Positions 54,671 through 64,000 of a stretch of 64,000 bases of DNA are shown one piece after another. The notes under the pieces are model-generated. The model made no database searches. It saw nothing but the letters and a program-made list of their open reading frames with translations, and was not told the DNA's origin. Source of the stretch: the human T2T-CHM13v2.0 reference genome, Homo sapiens; assembly GCF_009914755.1 (NCBI RefSeq), contig NC_060928.1; one strand, written 5' to 3'. The position numbers were made by a program, and so were the translations under genes. The number at the start of each line of letters is the position of its first letter. Positions within the stretch are counted from its first letter, which is position 1.

Positions 54671-54960
54671 GCCTGTAATCCCAGCTCTTTGGGAGGACTA
54701 AGTGAGTGGATCACCTGAGGTCAGGAGTTTGAGACCAGCCTGGCCAACATGGTGAAACCCTGTTCTCTATTAAAAATACAAAAATTAGCCGGGCATGGTG
54801 GCAGGCACCTGTAATCCCAGCTACTCAGGAGGCTGATGCACGAGAATTGCTTGAACCCAGAGGTGGAGGTTACAGTGAGCCGAGATCCAGCACTGAGCCA
54901 CCCAGCCTCGGTGCTGCAGTAAGACTCTGTCTCAAAAAAAAAAAAAAAAAAAAAAAAAAG
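54671..54960 (+). mobile_element. AluS, 5' truncated
   Basis: Starts at gcctgtaatccc; TSD gagaattattg. Confidence 0.92.
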
Positions 54961-56344
54961 GGAGAGAATTATTGTGTATTCCATAGCTACTACTAGGTTA
55001 GTATAAGCTACAAAATATAGTAAAAATATGTTAAACTGTTTTTTGTGTTTTAAATTTCTGTGACTATTTTTGTTGATTGCCTTTATAAAGATGTTTATGT
55101 AGATGTTTCTGAATCTCCTAATGACTAATTAGATGTTTCTAAATTTCCTATCTAATGCAAGGAGGCTATATAAATCACCCCGGGATCATGTTAAAATGCT
55201 GATTTTCTGTCTCTCCCACATCCCATCAAATCAGAGCCCTAAGATGTGTTGATTCAGTATTTGAAGTAAGGCCCTGGGTCAGTATATTTTTTATGGTGAT
55301 TCTGGGTTTGGAAAAGAATCCCTGTTCTCGACTTCCTAACATTTAATTGAATTTGTATCTTAGCATGAGTAAGTGTATTAATCTATTAAGAAGCTGTGGA
55401 GCAATATATATATACTACCTTCCTCTCTAGACTTAGGCTGCTCAGGCAGTGAAGCACATCAGTTTGTTTTAGTAAATGACCCTGTTTTGTGTCCTCACAG
55501 AATTACTGCCTGTATGGTTGACAGAGAAGAGCAGCCGCCTGATATAGGATGGACATGTCCCTCACAGGCTTATCTTGGCCAGACAGAATGCCATTTATCC
55601 TCACCTTGAATAGCTGTAATCAATTAACACAGTGAGAAGAGCAATGAGACTCTAGGCAGTCATGCAGTGTTTTGATCTGTTCATATGTTGGAGGCGGGAG
55701 AGGTGAAAAATGGACAAAAAGACAAATTAGACCTGTTAGTATAGGTTAAAGGAATTTAGAAAAGGAACCAATAGGCTTCTATTCTCACCATGGGCAATAC
55801 CTTGGATTTCCATATTTTAACTTAAGGCAAAGGTTATGTTTCATACTCAAAAATAGGAACAGGTAGAACTTCAATTTTTCATGTATGTTTGTAATTTTCT
55901 CAGTGTACTAACTCATAGTCTATAACACATGATGGATACCTTCTTCCATCCATTCCCACTGATTTCCCTAAACATAGACAGATGAAGAGCTATTTTGAAA
56001 TACTGTGAGACCAATCCCTCTTTCTGACTGTGTTAATTTATTCTGCCTCTTCAAGGCCAGCATGAATGGCACTCAGCTTTGCCAGCTGAGGTCTGAGTGA
56101 AAGTAGGGAACCAGAGATCTTGCCCATCCTGAATCAGGCTGATGTGTTTGTTCCAGACCCTGTTGCTCTTACTTTTCTCTTAAAGACAGAAGCATCTCTT
56201 GACTTTGATCCAACTAAGACTATAAAATGTAAAAGCATCTTTTCAAATCTGAATCTGTTGAATTAAATATTCTAATATGGTTAAAAGGGACTCTAAAAAC
56301 ATATCTTTTTAATTTCTAAAATTATGCATGAAAATGTTGTCTCA

Positions 56345-56821
<477 letters not shown>

Positions 56822-59207
56822 TTATTCTGAAGATCTTTGCTTGGTTTTCATTAATTCTTTTAGTTTTATCCCGACTCTAACTCCAATTTAGAAATGAAAA
56901 TACAGTCATTGATTTTTGTTACTGATGTTGATTTATTTATTCATACTCTACCCTATTTCTATTAGGATGTGTGGCAATTCTGATATTATTCCTGTTTAAA
57001 ATAATATGAAATAGTAAAAGCGGTAAAATTAAAGTTTACACAAGCCTTGGGAAGTGTAAGCATTTCTAAACCATAAGAAAAAGTAAAGCTTAAAATATGA
57101 ATCCGTTTCTTGTTTCACTAATAGCCATCATGATTACCTATATTTAGATTCTAAGTATACTGTCTCTGAGATAATTCAGAGGGCTTTTAGGTGTCCTTAA
57201 TTATTCTAAATGATAAGGTTATGTAATTTTGCATATTTAACTCTTTTAACAAATACTTATCGAATACTTAAATTTGTGCCCAATTCTGTGCTTAAGACCT
57301 TAAATGAATTACAGTGAATGTGTAATGGAATTGATCTTTTTAAATTACAAAGCAATTTTTTATGATTAAAATAGGCTGACTGTATTACTTGAAATGGGAT
57401 GAGGAGGATGTAGTTATCTTTTGGCAGAGTATTGATGAGCACTACAGACAGAGATGCAACATTGATTGCATCCTAAATATGTGAGTTCCCTGTTATTTTA
57501 ATGTGCACAGCTTATTCTACATTCCTTTCTTTTTCTATTAATGAGAAGGAATAATATTCACTGATTCAGTCAGTAGCACTTGGCCATTATTTGCTGAGCT
57601 GTATAAACAATGAGCAGCTGTATCATTGTTTGTATTACATGATTTTGTTTATTCATTTAAAAAATTTTATGACGGTACTGTAGCTTAGCAGCATTGCTTA
57701 TGGTAATGAAGAAGTTAATTAGCAATATTGAGCAAGACTTTAAGACATGAGTTTTAATAAGTAGTGCTAAAAATATTACAGTAGTCATCCACAGATAAAC
57801 ATAATAAACCTCAGACAAATGGGGAAAATGGTCAAATTATGAGAAAAAATATTTTAGAATGCTTTGGCTTTGTGGTTTCAAAAGAATAGTACGGATAAAT
57901 ACACAGTCACATACCAAGGACACTGCTAATTTCACTGGTGTTTTTTCCCTCTTAACCTAAAACTACTAAATGGTAGAAAATGGAAGCTTACTTTAACAAT
58001 AAATAAATAAATAAGCAATAATCTTTTAATATTAAATTCATGCTGATAGAGAAAGAAGACTCTGCCAGTAAAGCAGTCAGACAGCTTACAAAGGATACTG
58101 GAATTATTTGAGCTTTCTAGCCCAGAAATATTGACAGACATAGTCTGAATGTGTCAGTCTGCTTCATTTTAGAGCCAAAGTCTTAATTCAAGCACTGGGA
58201 AATCCATAATTGGAAAGAATCCCATAGTCACTGCTGATATTTTTCTCTAATTATAAGTGACTTTGTTGTATCATAAGCCTCCTTAAGAACTCTTGATTTT
58301 GATAAGAAACGTATTCCCAGGCTCCACTGACTAGACCTGGCATTATCAGAAATTAATTTCTATTGGTTCAGCATTAGAGTGTCATGTAGTAGTTGATACA
58401 GTGATACAAAAACACTAATATCAGAGTATTTAAATGTGGCATCAATTTTGCCTGAGGGCCAAACAGAGGTTAAACTTGCATTTCTTGATATCAGTGGCTT
58501 AAGGGATTCTGTGACTCATTTTGGGATTTCATTATGATTGTGGCAGATGATGTTACTTTACCTTATCCTTTTGTCATGCCACCATCAGCAGTGTCTCTAT
58601 ATCTGAGCCAAGTGCCTGGGTGATTCAGTATGTATTTAATTCCCATAGACCTTCAGAGGTTATGAGGTTATTTTTAATGAAAAAAGGGTGTTTTCCCTCT
58701 ATATATATATGGTATGTCCACATGTGAGTGGGCTTTGCCAAAAATTATTAAAGCCAATAGAAGTTAGATTGGTGATAGGAAATATCTTGAAAAGAGGTAG
58801 TTCTAGGAAATTGTATATAAAGCCTCTCAATGAAGGTTCTTTGCTGAATGAGTTATGACCACACTCAAAATTATTTTATTTTATTTATTCAACATTTGGT
58901 GAATATTTATGATATGCAAAATACTTTACTGAAAGCTGTGGGAGATAAAGTAAGAGCCTTGGCCCCATAGATGAGGAATTCATTATTTGATTATAGAGGC
59001 AACAAACTTGAAGAGTCAAGTTATGCCAAATAACAAAATTTCTTATTTTTGTAAAATCTATCAAGTTAATAATAATAAATCTTAAACAAAATAATATACA
59101 TCTTATTAAAGTTATGCATCATGTGGATTTATTTTTATTTAAATGAGATATTTAGCAAAATCTCATATGACACTCCTAGAAAATGAAGAAATGTGGACTA
59201 CATTAGA

Positions 59208-59284
59208 TTAGGTTAAACTATATGAAATTGCCAATATCTGACAGTTTTGATGTAAGAAAATGCAACTTTTATGACTTGACCTAA
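59208..59284. mobile_element. MADE2-type mariner MITE
   Basis: ~80-bp inverted repeat ttaggttaaactatatgaaattgc ... gcaacttttatgacttgacctaa. Confidence 0.7.
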
Positions 59285-60124
59285 TATAATGTAACGTCCT
59301 CACAAGTAGCTTGAATTACCCAAAGAGAATAAAGTAATATGTTTATTAATCAGAGTTAGCCTAGAAAGTAGTCTTATGAGAATTTTGACAAGCTTTGTCC
59401 TTGGCCCTCTCTTGCTCAATATTTTTCATCAATAACTTTGACGAAGATATAGAAGATATGACAATTTGAATTGCTAGATGACAGATTATTTAGAAGGAAT
59501 ACCCGAATAGACCAGATGATAAAATCAAGAATCAAATGGTTTTGAACAGCCTATATCAAGGATCTAAAATTAAAAGATGAAATCTAACACAGCTAAATGT
59601 TAAGTCCTCTGCTTAGGTTTTTTTATTTCCTTGTGTATTATACAATTCCGAAATGTGAGACTCTGCTTGACATGTGAACAATGACAAAAACCCCTTAATT
59701 CATTTTAGGCCAGCAAATACATATTAGTTGACTCACTTTTTTCCAGTCACTTCACAAGATGCTGCAGATACAATGAATCAAACACATTCAGTCACTGTCT
59801 TCACAAGTTTACAGAATGTGGAGAACCACAGGTTCACTTTGTAACAACAGTTTGGGGTATGGGGTGTGAAAGATGAATGCAGTCTTCAGGTACATTAATA
59901 ATAGTAATAATTATAATGACACCTAGAACAAAGGTGAACATTTTCATGCTATTCCCATTTGGTCAGAACACTTCCTAAGAATTGGGTTCAGAACTCCTGG
60001 GTATCAGCTTTTAGGAAGAATGTCAAAATGTGAGAGTTGGTTCACAGGAGGATGCCTGTGTTGGTATGAATTCTGAGAACTATAATCCAATAGACGAAAG
60101 GTTGAAAGATGAGGGTATTTAGCT

Positions 60125-60330
60125 AATGGCTATCGAGTCTAATTGCCTGGGTTCAAAAATGGCTTCACTGCTTTCTAGTTATATAACGTTGGGAAAATTA
60201 CTGAGCCTTTCTCAGCCTCAGTACCCTTATCAGTAAAAGAGAAATTATAATAGTACTTATATCTCAAGTTTGTTAAGAAGAGTGAGTTAATATTTGTAAA
60301 GTACTTAAAACAATGAATGACATGTAAGTG
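60125..60330 (+). mobile_element. MIR
   Basis: tgcctgggttcaaa...ttgggaaaattactgagcctttctcagcctcagt...tgtaaagtactta. Confidence 0.75.
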
Positions 60331-61202
60331 ACATGTGAGTGCTACCTGTAAATAAATGAATAGATGGATAAATCTATAAATTGATAGGATTGATAGGTGG
60401 CTAGATAGGGGATAAATAAATAAAGGGGGTTAGGAGGGAGATTAAGAGAGAGACATAGAAGGTAGTTTGAAATATCTGAAAAGAAGCTTTGGAAGAGAAA
60501 GTATTCATGCTTCATTCTTCCTAAAAGGAGCATGATCAAGTAGCCAGAAATCACTGGGTGAAAACAAATTCTTATTCTTTGATAAAATATACTTTTTTTA
60601 TTTGGCCAGTTTTTATTCTGCAGTGCTCCAAATCTTGTTCATTTCCAAAGTGATGCAAAATTGGCAAAATTAACTTCAACAACTCTGCCTCTTCACATGA
60701 TGCCTTTCGTGTAAAGTAGGTGGCACTGCTTTTAAGGTCTAAAATTTCAAAATATTGTTACCTACCTTCTAACATGGAAACAAAATGTAATCTGTTAATG
60801 ATTGGAACCTGAGTAAATCCAATGTTAAGGCATGGTTGCCTGTTGACTGATAATATAGCTGACTTAGAGGGGTAACTGCAAGTCTTCTTGTCTTGTTTCA
60901 GGAGCTCTTCTTCCACAGATTATCTGAATAAACCCATAGAATTTTCTTAGTCTCTCTCTTTCTCCTTCTTTAACCAAATAAAAGCTCATCAATGCAGTGC
61001 TATTTCTAACATTATCAGAGATGTATTCTGGCAACTAGGCATACTGCAGTGAGTTTATCCTTTTTATAGAGCTTGATTATTCTTAATGGTTTTAGGGGAA
61101 TCTTTCTTGCTAAGATTAATTTAATGTAACATTTCCAGAGTAAAAACTTTGGTTAGGAAGAAACAGTGGAGCTTTTGGAATGGTATTTTTAAAAATTACT
61201 TC

Positions 61203-61299
61203 TTTGGGAGGCTGAAGCAGGAGAATCTCTTGAACCTGGGCCAGAGAGGTTGCAGTGAGCCAAGATCATGCCACTGCATTCCAGGCCGGGTGACAGAGC
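61203..61299 (+). mobile_element. Alu right-arm fragment
   Basis: gggaggctgaagcaggagaat...gtgacagagc; no tail. Confidence 0.8.
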
Positions 61300-63296
61300 T
61301 ATTGGCAGTGTAGTGTTATATAATTAGACAATAGAGATTTTTTTATGTGCTTAAAAGACATATATCTAAGACAGTTATATATACTAGCTGGATAATATGT
61401 ACAACTTTATCTGCAGAATGTTAGTTTCATGTTTCCACTGATCCATACATTCTACATTCATGCTAATAGAAAGCCATTCAATGTTGGTTTGATGGCTGTC
61501 TTCAGAAAGGCTGATTTCTTCTTACTAGAAATGTATAAAGTTTGGAATGGATTTGTAAGCAGCCAGTTTGTAGCATTTAGTCAATGGTTCTTACTCTTCT
61601 TCCTATGGTTTAAATATTCATTCATTCACTCACTCATTCTGCTTTGAGTGAGGTTATTTGGCAAGCACTGTGAGGATGTAACATATGACTCTTGCCAAAA
61701 ATGAACACCTTCCCACTGGGGACAGACTTTAAATAAAGAAACCAGATGGAGAAAGAATAGGAAGAGCATTCGTGAGATGATAAAATAATACTCAAAGAGG
61801 GAAAAGGGAGACCATGGGGAAAAAGAGGAGATGCAAGGTATTTGGCAAGGCACCCTTAGCTGCTATTGCCATTAGCCATCGGAGTATTACACTTCCCATA
61901 GTTTTTGTTTGTTTTTATTTTTAAACAGATTCCCTGTCTGAATAGGACATCATATTGGAAAGGATAAGCAATGTGTTAAAAAATTGTAGCTCTTACCCCA
62001 TAGATGAGCTTATAAATTAATAAGATTTTTACATTAAATGAGATTTTGTTCCAAAAATATTCTGCCATTTGCCCATTATGCTTTCACATATCTAGGCACA
62101 CAGCTAGGATAGGCTTATTAATGTATAAATAAAATCAAATATTTTATATTGACAACTCTCATTTTATAGTGGCAATAAAAAAATAGATATTTGTGAAGTC
62201 TTAAGCTGATTACTTACGAGATCCTTCAGTATTAAAAAAGAGAATAAACTTGTCACACTGCTAATACTGTGATGCTAAGACTGATGGCATTCATGAGTAC
62301 ACAAAAGATAAAGAAAAATTTGAAACAAAATTAATTAAAACACATTTGTTAGACATTTCTTAGTTTCCTGGGCAAGGTATACCTTGAGAGGTTGCTAGAA
62401 GCAACGGGAAAAGATAAAAGGATTCCTCTTATATTCTATAAATGATAAAATTTGTGAATAAGTCAATAACATCACAATTGAAGGTATCATTTTTCTCTAA
62501 TTGATATGTCACATAAGATGAATTATTGTTTTTCACTAATTGCATATGCTATCCAGACATTATTGGACTTCCTGAAATTCTATAAAGATTTTCAACTATC
62601 CTCACGTTATCTTTCAAATATCCTAGCTTTTAGTAAATATTAAAAGTATAGTCATACTTTTTTTTTAAAAAAAAAGCATAGGTACATATATGACAGTGAT
62701 TTGGGAATGACTAATTTTTTTGCTAGACAATATCTAGCGCTGTATGCTTTGAAAATATTATTGTATGTTCTTTACAATTTTATAAAGTAACAACATAAAG
62801 AGTGTACTGGGGACTCCCATATTAGTTTATGCCAATGAAGGAAGAAAACCATCCAGTGGAATTTAATACCCAAAACAAATTCATTCAAAAGAATTATGTT
62901 TTTCCACTAGTTTATCAGTACTTGAAACCTTGTCAGAACTATTTATAAAATATATTCTCTTCTTTTTTGTTTATGAATACCCAGCCTTATTTCCAAAATA
63001 GTTTTTCATTATTAAAAAATAAAATATTATTTTTATACAGTAAAATTCACTCATTTTAATACAGCATACAAAAAATTATGACAGATTCATATAAATTCAC
63101 TGCCACAATCAAGATATAGAACAGTTTCATCACTCTAAAAAATCCAGAAAAGGTTTAAGATGCCTTACCTTGGCACATAAAACAGAGCACATAAATTAAA
63201 ACTGGAAAATAACTTAGAAAAAATGATAGAAAAAAATAAAGTGAAGAAAGCAATAAGGTTAAGAATGCTACTGCAAAACCAATAGCTGTCCACAAC

Positions 63297-63392
63297 ATAT
63301 ATACATATGCCACATTTTCTTTATTCACTTGTTGATTGATGGGCATTTGGGCTGGTTCCATATTTTTGCAATTGGGAATTGTGCTGCTATAA
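63297..63392 (-). mobile_element. L1PB ORF2-end fragment
   Basis: ttgttgattgatgggcatttgggctggttccatatttttgcaatt; homologous to ~13600-13680. Confidence 0.75.
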
Positions 63393-64000
63393 CCATTAGA
63401 GCAACTCATAAAAGAACAACCTTGCCCTAAGAAAGGAGAAAACAACAGCTAACTCTACCGCCTGTAACATCCTGGCTAACCAGAGGTCCTGAGTCTATCC
63501 CATGTGACAACTTTACTGCAAGCACAACCAGCATTAGTGAAAACCAGTGCAGCAATCAAAACTACAACCAGGGTCCCACCTCAATCCCCTCCTACCTCTA
63601 CTGGAACAGGTACTGGTATCCATGCCTGAGAGAACTGAAGACAGATCACATCACATGACTCTTTGCAGATACTCCCTTATACCAGCCCAGAACCCCGTAG
63701 CTCTGCTGGGTGGCTAGACCCAGAAGAGCAATAACAATCAGTGCAGTCCTTCTCTCAGGAAGCCCCATCCCTAGTGGAAGGAGGAGAGCACCACATCAAG
63801 GGATCACCCCGTGGGACAAAAGAATCTGAACAGCAGCCCTTGAGCCCAAGATCTTTCCTTTGACATAATCTACCCCAATGAGAAAGAACCCAGAAAAACA
63901 ATTCTGGTAATTTAACAAAACAAGTTTCTTTAACACCCCCAAAAGATCAAAAAACTCACCAGCAATGGATCCAAACCAAGAAGAAATCTCTGAATTGCCA
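63393..64000 (+). mobile_element. L1PB/L1PBa 5' UTR and ORF1 start (continues past the window)
   Basis: gggtggctagacccagaagagcaataacaatc...caccacatcaagggatcacc...agcaatggatccaaaccaagaagaaatc. Confidence 0.75.

Overview
Human genomic DNA (an AluYa5 with all diagnostic positions is present) from inside ADGRL3/LPHN3 (latrophilin-3), + strand. There are two coding exons: a 15-nt microexon (5923-5937, KVEQK splice insert) and the 801-nt olfactomedin-domain exon (8055-8855). The remaining ~55 kb is intron. It holds two full-length L1PA3/4 elements in inverted, tail-to-tail orientation, and an old MER31-like provirus (~27423-48172) with LTR8, an L1, a complete HERV-H and a MER61-like LTR nested inside it. 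It also has an RPS12 retrocopy with an open ORF, and many Alu, MIR and DNA-transposon relics. The strongest unexplained signal is that the two inverted L1s share private substitutions, frameshifting deletions and a 231-bp perfectly identical tract, which points to patchy gene conversion between them. Other leads are a hairpin-templated mutation that removed the HERV-H 5' LTR poly(A) signal, a possible stand-alone or intronically polyadenylated olfactomedin isoform, a candidate cryptic poison exon, an E-box/CTCF element and a p53 site. Repeat family names and consensus comparisons come from recalled consensus sequences, not from a database search. Repeat boundaries are approximate unless a TSD is quoted.
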